A DNA stretch of 64,000 nucleotides from an uncultured Alphaproteobacteria bacterium (GTDB lineage: Bacteria; Pseudomonadota; Alphaproteobacteria; Acetobacterales; Acetobacteraceae), in NCBI GenBank assembly GCA_963822815.1, contig CAWGJC010000013.1, positions 29,924 to 93,923 of the forward strand. The letters are read 5' to 3'. Below the pieces are notes generated by a model. The model worked only from the letters and a program-made list of their open reading frames with translations. It made no database searches and was not told the origin of the DNA. A program made the position numbers and the translations under genes. Positions 49,923 through 60,371 of this stretch are shown here, one piece after another (positions within the stretch are counted from its first letter, which is position 1; each line of letters opens with the position of its first letter).

Positions 49923-51110
49923 ATGAGCGGCGCTGACGACGTCTTCACCCTGCGCTTCGGCGTGAAAGGCAACGATTCCAGCCATTTGGCGGTCGGCTGG
50001 TCGTTTCCCGAGGACGGCTTCACCTGGACCCTCGGCGACGAGTGCATGATCCTGCTCGACCGCCCGTCCGAGCCCGGCGACTACCTGCTGCAGGTGAACT
50101 GCAAGCCGGCGACCGAGCCGCCCGACATCCCCGCCCAGCGCGTCTATGTGATGGTCAACCGCTGGTTCGCCGGCAAGCAGATCCTCGACCGTTACCGGAC
50201 CATCGTCTGCCGCATCGGCTGGAGCGTGATCCGCGATCAGCCGCGCATGAGCGTGGGCTTCCTGCTGCCGGACGCGTTCCGCCCCTGCGACGTCTCGGAC
50301 AGCACCGACATGCGCCGCATCGCCCTCGCGGTGTCCCGGATGACGCTGGTGCGGCTGCCGGCGGAGAAGCTGCCGATGATCGCGGCCAGCGCCTCCGCGC
50401 CGGTCGGCCGGACGGTGACCGAGATCGCCCGGCCGCTCGCCGAAACTCGCTCCGTGGTGCCGAAGGAGGAGGAGACGGACGCGGTGATCGCCGAGCGGCT
50501 GCTGGAATTCGAGAGCCTCGGCGCGGATGCCGAGTTCGGCCTGGTCCAGCGCAGCGCCGGCGCCGAGCCGCTGGCGCTGTTGCGCTTCGCCGAGGCGCCG
50601 ATCGAGACGCTGCTGGCGGCGCTCGCCTCCCGCTTCGAGGGCATCGGCGAGCCCGGCAATGTGGCGATCGAGCTGCGCGGGCGCGAGTTCATGGTGCGCG
50701 ACGGGCGCTACGGCTTCCTCTGGCACAGCTGGACCTATGAGGGGCAGGCGAATCCGCGCCAGGTGCAGGAGCGCGAGACCCGGAACCTGCAATTCCTGCG
50801 CAGCAAGCTGGTGGAGGACCTGCAACAGGGGCACAAGCTGCTGCTCTACAAGCGGGCCGCGCCGCTCGCCTCCGCGGAGCTCGACCGCCTGCTCACGCTG
50901 CTGCGCGGCTACGGGCCGACCCGGCTGCTCGTGGTCGAGGAGGCCGACGCGACGCATCCGCCGGGGACCGCGGAGCGGGTCGGCGCGCATCTTCTGCGGG
51001 GCCGCGTCTCGCGCTTCGCCCCGCCCGACAACGCCACCGACATCGCCACCAGGTCCTGGCTCCGCATGGCCCGCGCCGCGCACCGTCTCTGGCGCGACGG
51101 GACGGGCTGA
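49923..51110 (+). CDS. Hypothetical protein, 395 aa, no domain recognised
   Basis: Uninterrupted ORF with strong third-position GC bias. Features EFESLGADAEFGLVQRSAGAEPLALLRF and FLWHSWTY blocks that I cannot place in a named family. Confidence 0.6.
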   Translation: MSGADDVFTLRFGVKGNDSSHLAVGWSFPEDGFTWTLGDECMILLDRPSEPGDYLLQVNCKPATEPPDIPAQRVYVMVNRWFAGKQILDRYRTIVCRIGWSVIRDQPRMSVGFLLPDAFRPCDVSDSTDMRRIALAVSRMTLVRLPAEKLPMIAASASAPVGRTVTEIARPLAETRSVVPKEEETDAVIAERLLEFESLGADAEFGLVQRSAGAEPLALLRFAEAPIETLLAALASRFEGIGEPGNVAIELRGREFMVRDGRYGFLWHSWTYEGQANPRQVQERETRNLQFLRSKLVEDLQQGHKLLLYKRAAPLASAELDRLLTLLRGYGPTRLLVVEEADATHPPGTAERVGAHLLRGRVSRFAPPDNATDIATRSWLRMARAAHRLWRDGTG

Positions 51111-51113
51111 GGG

Positions 51114-51609
51114 TCACAGGAAGCACACCATCAGCACGATGTCCTGGTAACCGAGTTCGGTCTTCCGCGCCCGCGGCTCGACGCCGTAAGTGGCGAAGCC
51201 GAACCGCCGATAAAGCCCGATCGCCGCCTCGTTCCCCTGCACCACGCTCAACGTGAGCTGCTCCACCCGGCCGCGCGCGGCGTCGAGTCGCGGCCTGCAT
51301 CAGCGCCGCCCCGATCCCACGCAGCCGATGTTCCGGCCGCACGAAGAAGCCGTGGATCGTGCCCTTGTGCGCCTCCTTGGCGCGCCCGAAATCGAGCCGG
51401 ATCACCCCGGCGATCCCCCCGCCCTCATAGGCGGCGAAGATGCGCGAGGCCTCGATCTGCTCGGTGAAATCGACCAGCGGCCGCGTCGCCTCGACGGCGT
51501 GGACGGAGCCGAAGAATTGCGGCTCCGTCCGCAGCGTCGCCAGCCGGATACTACGGTAGTCGGCGGCGTCCGATCTTTGCAGTCGGCGGATCGAGATCGA
51601 CGGGCTCAT
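51114..51609 (-). CDS. GNAT-family N-acetyltransferase
   Basis: MSPSISIRRLQRSDAADYRSIRL..FFVRPEHRLRGIGAALM. The tail ..LYRRFGFATYGVEP..DIVLMVCFL* (stop 51114..51116) is in another frame (change near 51290). Confidence 0.75.
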
Positions 51610-51814
51610 GCGGCGTGTCCTGCCCGATTTCCGCGCACTGCACCACGCCCCGATCGCCGCGACTGCAGGCGGGAATGCCGCCGGGGCCGCATCAAGCGGC
51701 GACCGTTTCGATTTTACAACTCCCGGTATGTGTTTGCCGGCCGCAAAATATCGGTAACTGCGCCGGGCGCTCTTTGGTTACGGTTCAGCAAAACGCTTGG
51801 CAAGGAAGCACCTC

Positions 51815-54657
51815 GTGGCCGCTTTTCAGTGGAAGATTGTCAACGGGACCGGAACCTACGTCTTCGAATTCGGCTCCGAACTGGACGCTGGTGACCGGCA
51901 GCTCCGTCACCGGATACCCGGGCGCCGGTGACACCGCCTCCATTCTCGGCCCGTCCAGCGGCACGCCGCAGACCATCACCGGCCCGGCGACGGTTGGCAC
52001 GCTTGATATCGACGGGCTCAACATCTTCTCCGGCGACTTCTCCACCAGCCTGACCCAGCTCGGCGACGCCGCCGCGACGCAGCCTCGAGCTCGCGACGGG
52101 GCAACGCTCACCGCCAGCACGCAGCTCCTGGTCGGCTCGACCGACAACGGCACCCTGACGATCGATTCCGGCGCGACGGTCAGCGCCGCCAGCGCCACCG
52201 GCGTGAGCGAGCTCATCATCGGCGCGTCGAACACCAGCAACAGCCTGCTCACGGTCGAATGCCGGCGGCACGCTCGATCTCAGCGGCCCGGTGCAGGACA
52301 ACAACTATTCCGCGATCGTCGGCGGCTTCGGCACCGGCACGCTCGACGTGAACGGCACGATGGACAGCGGCGGCAACCCGCTCGCCATCGGCTACGCGGC
52401 GCACAGCACCGGCGTCATGACGGTGAGCGGCGGCGGCACCGTCACCGTCGGGACGGAATCGAACGCCTTCGACGCGAGCGTGGCGCTCGCCGTCGGCCAT
52501 GACTATGCGAACGGGACGCTGACCATCACCGATCCCGGCTCGAGCGTCACCGCCGACGGCAACATGTATGTCGGCCGCGGCGGCACCGGCTCGCTGGTGG
52601 TGGAGAACTACGGCAATCTCACCGCCGGCGCGACCGAAGGCGGCATCGCCGGCCTGCTGGCGATCGGCACCGGGCAGAGCACCGCCGGAGGCGCGATCGG
52701 CGGCACCGGCAGCGCGCTCGTCACCAGCGATGGCACCATCGACGATCTCGGCGCCTTGTCGGTCGGTGGCAACGGCGTCAACGGCAGCATGACCGTGACC
52801 GATGGCGGCGTCGTCGACGTGAACGGGCAGATCCTGCTCGGGGTCGGCAACACGATCGATGGCACCTATCACACCGGCATCGGCACGCTTGACGTCGGCG
52901 CGGGCGGCACGGTCGCGATCGTCGGTCCCGCGATTTTCGGGGCTCCTGGGCTTGCCGTCGGCGATGCGACGCTCTCGCTCGGCACGCTCGGCGTGTCCGG
53001 TGCCGGGGCACTGCTCGATCTCGGCAGCAGCAACCTGGTGATCGGCAATTCCGGCACCGGCACGATGACCGTGTCCGGCGGCGGCACCGTCCGCGCCGCG
53101 GCGCCTGGCCCCAACAGCGCGGCGATCGTGATCGGCAACAATGCCGGCGGCGCCGGTGCGCTCGACGTCGAAGGCGCCGGCTCCTCGGTCGAGGGCACCG
53201 GCGCGCTGATCGTCGGCGAGCACGGTGCCGGCACGCTCACGGTCGGAAGCGGCGCCGAAGTCTCGGCGACCAGTGCGACGATCGTGGCCACCGCGGGCAG
53301 CAGCGGCACCGTGATCCTCTCCGGCGGCACGCTCGACACCACCAACGGCATCGTGCTCGACAGCGGCGGAATGCTCACCGGCGCCGGCACGGTCGATGGC
53401 GGCATCGCCGGCGGCGGGGCGATCAACGCGACCGGCACGCTCGTCTTCAACGGTGCCATCGGCAGCGCCGGCGTGTTCACGATCGGCGCTGCCGGCGATG
53501 CGGTGTTCGGTGCCGGCGTCGCCGACACCGAGATTCTTTTCACCGCGTCAACCGGGCGGATCGACATCAACGCGCCGGGCAGCTTCACCGCCCTGGTCAA
53601 CGGGTTCACCCAGGGCGACACGATCCACGCGGCCGGCGCGGCCACCATCTCCTATACCGGCGGCAGCTCCATCGAACTGTTCGACGGCACGGGCAACGAG
53701 ATCGGCACCATCGCCCTCGCCGAGACCTACGCTTCCGGCGCGTTTCTCGACAATTCCGGCACCATCACGCTCACCGAGGCGCCCTGCTTCCTCGCCGGCA
53801 CGCGCCTCGCCACCACCGCGGGCGAGATCGCCGTCGAGCGCTTGCGCATCGGCGATCGCGTGCTTACCGCGTCGGGTGCAGCGCGGCCGATCAAATGGAT
53901 CGGGCAGCGCGCCTATGACGGCCGCTTCATCCGCGGCAATCGCGACGTGCTGCCGATCCGCATCCGTGCCGGCGCACTCGGCGAGAACCTGCCGCATCGC
54001 GACCTGTTCGTCTCGCCGCACCACGCGATGTTCATCGACGGCGTGCTGATCCCGGCCGAGCAACTGGTGAATGGCGTGTCGATCGTGCAAGCGCCAGCGG
54101 TCGCGAGCGTCGCCTATTTCCACATCGAGCTGGAGACGCATGACGTCCTGCTCGCCGAGGGCGCGGCCGCCGAAAGCTTCCTCGACTGCGACAGTCGTCT
54201 CATGTTCCACAACGCCGCCGAATTCGCGGCGCTCTATCCCGACGCGGACCCCGTGACCGCGGCCTGCGCGCCGCGGGTCGAAGGCGGCGAAACCCTGCGC
54301 CGCATCTGCCGGCGACTCGCCAGCCGCGCCGGCGTCGACACGTGCCCCGGCGCCCTGCGCGGACACCTCGATGCGATCGAGCGGCGCAGCGTCTCGGGCT
54401 GGGTGCGCGGCGAGAGCGACGCGCCGGCCTGGGTCGCGGTCAGCGTGGATGGGATGCCGGTCGCGCGCGGTCTCGCCAACCGGTTCCGCCCCGATCTCGC
54501 CGAAGCGGGCATCGGCCAGGGCTGGCACGCCTTCCGCATCGTGCTGCCGCGCGCGCTCGATCCCGCCAAGCCGCACCGCATCTCGGTCCGGCGCGAAGCG
54601 GACGGTGCCGAGCTGCCGGGCTCGCCGATGCTGCTCGCCGCGACGCGTGCCGCGTAA
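51815..54657 (+). CDS. Large Gly/Thr-rich passenger protein ending in a Hint (Hint_2-type) autoprocessing module plus about 110-aa tail
   Basis: GTG 51815 after AAGGAAG. N-terminus MAAFQWKIVNGTG..SAPNWTLVTG. Recurring GTLT/GTLDV/VSGGGTV blocks. At about 53785 TEAPCFLAGTRLAT..IGDRVLT..PIKWIG..VSPHHAMFIDGVLIPAEQLVNG. Tail GHLDAIERRSVSGWV..GQGWHAFRIVLP. Frame changes near 51870 and 52255. Confidence 0.8.
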
Positions 54658-54672
54658 GGGGGGAGTCTCGCG

Positions 54673-55062
54673 ATGTCCGTCATCTCGCTCGGCAATCCCG
54701 CCGGCGTTCACGCGCCCGCCCCGAGCTACTCGCACGCGGCCCTCGTCACCGGCGCGACCCGGCGTCTCGTGATCTCCGGCCAGGTCGGCGCGGCGCCCGA
54801 CGGCAGCGTCGCGGAAGGTGGTGAGGCGCAGGCCAGGCAGGCGCTGGCGAACCTCGGCACCATCCTCGCCGCGCACGGCATGGGCCCGCAGAACGTCGTG
54901 AAGGTGAGCGTCTTTCTCACCGACCGCGCCCTGCTGCCGGTCTGGCGAACGGCGCGCCAGGCCTTCTTCGGCGGCCACGCTTCCGCCTCGACCCTGCTGT
55001 TCGTCGCCGGCCTCGCCGACCCGCGTTTCCTGGTCGAGGTCGAGGCCGAGGCGGTCGCCTGA
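54673..55062 (+). CDS. RidA/YjgF-family protein
   Basis: YSHAALVTGATRRLVISGQVG, NLGTILAAHGMGPQNVVKVSVFL, VEVEAEAVA*. Uninterrupted 129 aa. Confidence 0.88.
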   Translation: MSVISLGNPAGVHAPAPSYSHAALVTGATRRLVISGQVGAAPDGSVAEGGEAQARQALANLGTILAAHGMGPQNVVKVSVFLTDRALLPVWRTARQAFFGGHASASTLLFVAGLADPRFLVEVEAEAVA

Positions 55063-55097
55063 TCCGGTCCCGGTCGGATGTTTGCGCCAACCCGTCG

Positions 55098-55811
55098 TCA
55101 CCGCGCGCGCGGCGCCACCAGGCCGGGGGTCACCAGGGCGAGAAGAACGGCTGCCATGGCGAACAGCAGCATCGGTCCGACATGCCGATAGGCCAGGACC
55201 CCGATCACGCCGCCCACCAGAAACGCGATGACCGTCTGGACGTGCAGGGCCAGCTTCCGCCGATCGGTCGGGTCCGCACGCTCCCCCGCAACCCCCGCCC
55301 ATGACGACAGCAGGTTCGCCAGCTCGATGCCGATATCGGTCACCATGCCGGTCACATGCGTCGTCCGCACCCGCGCGTCGGAGATGCGCGTGACCAGCGC
55401 GTTCTGCAACCCCATCAGGAAGCTCAGCCCGAACACCATCAACTCGCCGCGCCAGGTGATGTCGACGATCATGGCGACGCCGCCGAGCAGAGTGAGGAGC
55501 GTGGCCTCGGTCAGCACGCTGAGGAGATAGACGCTGCCGAGGCCGCGTCGTCGCCCGAGATTGATGAGCAGGGTGGAGGCGGTCGCCCCCAGGATGAACA
55601 GGACGACCAGCGCGAAATAGCGCGCCGCCAGCGACAGCTCGCCGAGCGCCACGTGATCCGCGAGCGCGGAAGTGTTGCCGGTCATGTTGCCGGAAAAGAA
55701 CCCGAACGCGTAGAAGCCGGCCGCGTTCAGGCAGCCGGCGACGAATGCCAGCGAGCAGGCGAGGCCGCGATCGGCCTCGTGGGTGCGGGCCTTCCCCTCA
55801 CGGACGAGCAT
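55098..55811 (-). CDS. YoaK-family (DUF1275) membrane protein
   Basis: Start at internal ATG 55811. LAFVAGCLNAAGFYAFGFFSGNMTGN and THVTGMVTDIG. Six TM-like segments. Uninterrupted 237 aa. Confidence 0.85.
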   Translation of the reverse strand: MLVREGKARTHEADRGLACSLAFVAGCLNAAGFYAFGFFSGNMTGNTSALADHVALGELSLAARYFALVVLFILGATASTLLINLGRRRGLGSVYLLSVLTEATLLTLLGGVAMIVDITWRGELMVFGLSFLMGLQNALVTRISDARVRTTHVTGMVTDIGIELANLLSSWAGVAGERADPTDRRKLALHVQTVIAFLVGGVIGVLAYRHVGPMLLFAMAAVLLALVTPGLVAPRAR

Positions 55812-55894
55812 GCGCTTTCGTGGCGCAGGAAGTGCCCCTTGCCAAGCGCCGGCTCCGCGTCGCGCGCCGGCGGAAGGCGCCGCTGCGCGGCTCG

Positions 55895-57628
55895 TCAGCG
55901 ATACGCGAGCGCCGGCGCGGCGGGCGCGTGCTGTGTCAGCAGCTCGAGCGCCGCCTCCGCGTCCGGCTCGATCGGCTGCAACGCCTTGTCGGTATATTCC
56001 GCCGCATCGGGCGATCGCCGGATCGCCCGGACGACCAGGATCAGCCGCAGGATCGTCGCCGCGATGCGCGCATGCTTGACCACGCTTTCGATCACGAAGC
56101 CCGGCCAGAAGACGACGGCGGACGGGCGCCTGCACTCCGGCCGGCGCTCCGACGGATGCTTGAGGCGAAGGACGCCGCCCTGCAGCGGGTGCACGCGCTC
56201 GATCGGAGTGGTGGTGGAGAAGGTCACCAGCAGCTTCACCAGGCTGTGCACCGGCAGGCCGACGGCAATCGCGCGGCGGAGCAGCGTACGCATGTGATCC
56301 CACGAGTAGTAGCGCGTCCAGGCCTCCGCGTAGATCGCGTCCCACTCGGCCTTGCTCATCCGCTCATGCGCGGCGCAGACATGCTCGAGCTCGTATTTGT
56401 TGAGATCGGGCTCCATTGCGGCCCCCGCGCGCCAGAGCTTCTGGTGATCCTCCGATCCGGGCAGCGGCGTGAGGATGAAGAATTCGAGGATGTCGACGGG
56501 CAGCTCGCGCTTGATCACGTCGAGATCGTGGCGGATCGACGCCGGCGTGTCGGCCGGGAAACCGAGGATGTAGCCGGCCAGCGTCAGGATCCCCTGCGCC
56601 TTCCAGGCGAGCAGCATCCTGCGGTATTCGCCGAGCTTGTTCTGTCGCTTCTTGGCGCCGAGCAGATTGGTCGGATTGATGTTCTCGAGCCCGATGAACA
56701 CGCGCGTCACGCCGGCCCGCCTCGCCTTCTCGATGAAGCGCGGGATCTTGTGGCAGAGCGTGTCCACCTGGATCAGCAGGCCGAGCGGAATGCCGTCGCG
56801 CTCGCGCAATTCGATCAGCCGGTCGAAGATCGCTTCCCAGTTGCGGTTGCGCGCGAAATTGTCGTCGGTGATGAAGAATTTGTGCACGCCCTCCCGCCAG
56901 TTCAGCCGGACCAGCTGCTCCACGTCGTCCGCCGAGCGGTAGCGGGACTTGCGTCCCTGCACATTGATGATGGTGCAGAAGCTGCACTGATAGGGGCAGC
57001 CGCGTCCGGCATCGAAGCTGGTGCTGAGACCGAGCACGTGGCCGATATTCCGCTTCGGCAGGAACGGCGCCGGCGTCGCGTCGAGGCCGGGCAGGTCGTT
57101 CATGAAATCATAGAGGGGCGCAAGCGCGCGCGACGCCGCATCCTGCAGGATGCGGTCGAAGCGGCCTTCGATTTCGCCCGCCACCATCGTCACGCCGAGC
57201 GCGCGGCACTCATCGAGGCCGAGCGCATGCTCGTCGATCATCGAGATCACGCCGGAGACATGGAATCCGCCGATCAGCACCGCAATCCCGGCGACCCGAA
57301 ACCGCCGTGCGATGTCGAGCGCGCGCGGAAACTGGTTGGACTGCACGCCCACGAGGCCGATCAGGCCGAAATTCCCGTGCTCGCGAAACCGAGCGATCAG
57401 CGCGTCGATCTTCACCCGCGTGTTGGTCTCGTCGATCGCCGCGATATCCATCGCGACATCGGGTCCGAGCACGCGCCGATCGGCGCAGTCCCTGGCGATC
57501 CCGAACACCGCGGCGAGCGAGTTCGACGGGATCATCGAACGCCACCAGCGGATGACGTAGCCGTCATCGTCGTAATGCGACGGCTTGATCAGTACCAGCT
57601 GGAATCGTCGGGTTTCCCCTGTCGGCAT
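55895..57628 (-). CDS. B12-binding-domain radical SAM protein
   Basis: RFQLVLIKPSHYDDDGYVI, LIGLVGVQSNQFPRALDIA (cobalamin-binding Rossmann) and GRGCPYQCSFCT (CxxxCxxC). Uninterrupted. ATG 57628 has GGAGG 11 nt upstream (the ORF-track start 57634 is TTG). Confidence 0.88.
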   Translation of the reverse strand: MPTGETRRFQLVLIKPSHYDDDGYVIRWWRSMIPSNSLAAVFGIARDCADRRVLGPDVAMDIAAIDETNTRVKIDALIARFREHGNFGLIGLVGVQSNQFPRALDIARRFRVAGIAVLIGGFHVSGVISMIDEHALGLDECRALGVTMVAGEIEGRFDRILQDAASRALAPLYDFMNDLPGLDATPAPFLPKRNIGHVLGLSTSFDAGRGCPYQCSFCTIINVQGRKSRYRSADDVEQLVRLNWREGVHKFFITDDNFARNRNWEAIFDRLIELRERDGIPLGLLIQVDTLCHKIPRFIEKARRAGVTRVFIGLENINPTNLLGAKKRQNKLGEYRRMLLAWKAQGILTLAGYILGFPADTPASIRHDLDVIKRELPVDILEFFILTPLPGSEDHQKLWRAGAAMEPDLNKYELEHVCAAHERMSKAEWDAIYAEAWTRYYSWDHMRTLLRRAIAVGLPVHSLVKLLVTFSTTTPIERVHPLQGGVLRLKHPSERRPECRRPSAVVFWPGFVIESVVKHARIAATILRLILVVRAIRRSPDAAEYTDKALQPIEPDAEAALELLTQHAPAAPALAYR

Positions 57629-57724
57629 CTGCAACAGCGCCTCCCCCGGGCCGATCGCGCGACCGACGAAAGATCACGTAGAGCACGCCACTTCGCCCGC
57701 GGCAAGGAAAGCGACTCACCGGTA

Positions 57725-57839
57725 GTGTCTCAGTTCAAGTCGGCACCGGCCCGCTCCCCCACCCGGCCACCCAACGGAGTATACTTCGCGTGGGTGGCCG
57801 GGTGGGGAAGCGGGCCGGTGCCGACTTGAACTGCGACAC
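57725..57839. repeat. 115-bp near-perfect palindrome (49-nt arms, 17-nt spacer) in a divergent promoter region
   Basis: GTGTCTCAGTTCAAGTCGGCACCGGCCCGCTCCCCCACCCGGCCACCCA / TGGGTGGCCGGGTGGGGAAGCGGGCCGGTGCCGACTTGAACTGCGACAC, with 47 of 49 positions complementary by my count. The spacer contains the palindrome AGTATACT. Confidence 0.9.
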
Positions 57840-57938
57840 GACCGACCGACCGGCTTCGCTGCGGTGAAGGGCCGTTAAGCTTTGGTGGTCATCGTGCGGC
57901 GGCCGACCGTCCTGTCGCCGGCCGATGACGAGCGAGAC

Positions 57939-60285
57939 ATGCGCCTCCGGACACTGCTTGCCCTTTGCTTCGCTCTCGTCGCGTTCACGGTCGCGTTCTG
58001 CGGCGCCCTCGTCGCGCAGCATCTCACCAACGCCACGCTGGACCGCCGCATCGGCGCGGAGACCGCCGATCTCGCGACGCGGATCCGCATTCTCCTCGAC
58101 CGCAGCATGGCCAATCGCCTGCGGGATGTGGAAATGCTGGCAAGCGTGGCCCGGACCGTGGTGTCCACGCCCGAGGCAAGGCGTGCCTGGATCGTGGAGA
58201 TGAGCCGGAGCTTCCCGGCCTATGCCTGGATCGGCTTCGCGAATCCGGAGGGCATCGTCACCACCGCGCTCGGCGGCAGGCTCGAGGGACAGAGTGTCGC
58301 GGCGCGGCCCTGGTTTCGCGAGGGCCTGAAGGGACCGGTCGCCGAAGACCTGCACGAGGCCGTGCTCCTGGCCAGGGAATTGCCACCCGCACCCGCCGGC
58401 GAACCGCGGCGCTTCGTCGATCTCGCGGCGCCGGTGCTCGATGCCGCGGGCAGGCCGGCGGGAGTTGTCGCGGCGCATCTGAGCTGGAGCTGGGCGCGCG
58501 AGGTCGTCGCGTCGGTCCTCGGCGCCTCGGCCGCCGCGAGCCCCGACACCGTGGCGATGGTCATCGACCGGAAAGGTATCGTCGTGCTGGGTCCGGGCGG
58601 CCTCGAAGGTGCGAAGCTGCCGGCGGAGGCCGGCATCTGGCGCTCCGCCGGAGCGGGCGAGCGGTTCGAGCTCGAGACCTGGCCGGACGGCAGGACCTAC
58701 CTCGTGGGGGCCAGCCCGACGATCGGCGACGGCGATTACCGCGGGCTGGGGTGGACGGTTCTTGTCCGCCAGGGCGCCGATGCGGCGCTGGCCCCGGCGC
58801 ACCATCTCGGGCGCCGGCTGCTCTTCGCGGGGATCGGGCTGGCGGCGCTCGCCGGCCTGCTCGGCTGGTTCATCGCCTGGCGGATCGGCCGCCCGCTCGT
58901 CGCCTTCACCCACGTCGCCGATCTGATCGGCCGCGCGCCCGGCGGGCTCGCAGTGCCCGCCTTCCCCACCGGAACCGAGGAGGTGCAACGGCTGGGGGCG
59001 GCGCTCCGCGGCATGACCACGGCGATCGCCGACCGCGACCGCATCCTGGTCAGCAGCAATGCCGAGCTGGAGCTGCGGGTGCAGGAGCGCACCCGGGAGC
59101 TCGAAGCGGCGCGCATTGCCGCGGACGACGCGAACCGCGCGAAATCGCGCTTCCTCGCCGGAATGAGCCACGAGCTGCGCACGCCGCTAAACGGGCTTCT
59201 CGGCTATGCCGAGCTGCTGCGCATCGAAGGCGGCCTGACCGCCCGCCAGGCGGAGCGGGTGGGGACGATGCTTGCCGCCGGCCGCCATCTGCTCGGGATG
59301 ATCACTCGCGTGCTCGATCTTTCGGAGGTCGAGGCGGATCGCGTCGAGCTCCGCACCGATTGCGTGCGGCTCGACCGGACCATGCGGGAATGCCTCGACG
59401 TCGTCCGGCCAGCGGCGGCGGCGAAGCACCTGGTCCTGTCGCTCCGCGAGTCCGCCTCGGTGCCGCCGGCGCTGCTGACCGATCCGACCCGGCTGCGCCA
59501 GATCGTCCTCAATCTTCTCGGCAATGCGGTGAAGTTCACGCCGCACGGGGAGGTCGTCCTCGCCATCGCACCGTCCGGCGCCGACATGGTTCGGATCGCG
59601 ATCACCGATACCGGCCCGGGCGTTCCGGCCGGGCTCCGGGACCGGCTGTTCAACGCGTTCGAGCGGCTCGACGCCGATGCCGGAACCGAGGGGGCCGGGC
59701 TTGGCCTCGCGCTTTCGATGCGGCTCGCCGCGCTCCTCGGGGGCCGCCTCGGCCATGACCCCAATCCGGAGGGCGGCAGCATCTTCTGGCTTGATCTGCC
59801 GCGCCACGCGCCGGCATCCCCCGATCATCCGCCGGCACGCGGAGCAGCGTCGCCCGACCGGGGCGCGCTCGATGTGCTCGTCGTCGACGATGTGGCGATG
59901 AACCGCGACATCGCCCTCGGCATGCTGCAGGCCGCCGGGCACGTTGTCGCGCTGGCAGAAAACGGCGCGGAGGCGGTCGCGGCCGCCGCGGCCGCCGATT
60001 TCGACGTGATCCTGATGGACGTGCGGATGCCCGGCATGGACGGGCTGGAGGCGACGCGGCGCATCCGCGCGCTCGCCGGGCCGCGGGGTGCGGTGCCGAT
60101 CGTCGCGCTGACCGCGCAGGCCTTCCTGGAGCAGGTCGCGGAGTGTCGCGACGCCGGCATGGACGATCACCTGGTGAAGCCGTTCGCCCCGGCGGATCTG
60201 CTGGTCGCCGTGCCGACAGGCGGCCTCGCTCGGGCGGGAACGCCGCTCGGCCGATACCGGAGTCCGCCTTCTCGCCGCGGCCTGA
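57939..60285 (+). CDS. Hybrid sensor histidine kinase (TM - Cache-like periplasmic domain - TM - HAMP - HisKA - HATPase - REC)
   Basis: AYAWIGFANPEGIV..RPWF, SHELRTPLNG (H box), NLLGNAVKFT, DTGPGV and GAGLGLALS, then receiver VLVVDDVAMNRD..ILMDVRMPGMDGLEA..VKPF. As written the frame stays open to 61490. I end it at stop 60283..60285, which is reachable by one single-base correction in the last 80 nt. Confidence 0.75.
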
Positions 60286-60371
60286 ACCTCGGTCCGGTGG
60301 CGTCAACCTCGGATTTACCTTGGGCTGATACCAGCGGTGGGCAGAGCGGCCGGGTCGGTGAGGACGGGCAG

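Noticed and set aside
53770-54657. Polymorphic-toxin reading of the Hint cassette (Hint followed by a toxin domain and an immunity gene)
   Set aside because: The tail of about 110 aa after the Hint module resembles a beta-sandwich accessory domain seen on many non-toxin proteins. The downstream gene is an ordinary RidA, and no small immunity-like ORF is present. Only the cassette-duplication aspect is retained as a finding.
53548-55302. 584-aa minus-strand ORF, and the similar ORFs 62530..63543, 55745..57829 and 57735..59171
   Set aside because: All are antisense to genes with clear family motifs (Hint cassettes, RidA, radical SAM, histidine kinase) and translate to Arg/Gly/Ala-rich low-complexity sequence.
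57635-57724. Cobalamin riboswitch upstream of the B12-dependent radical SAM gene
   Set aside because: The 5-prime region is only about 90 nt before the palindrome, and I see no B12-box-like sequence.
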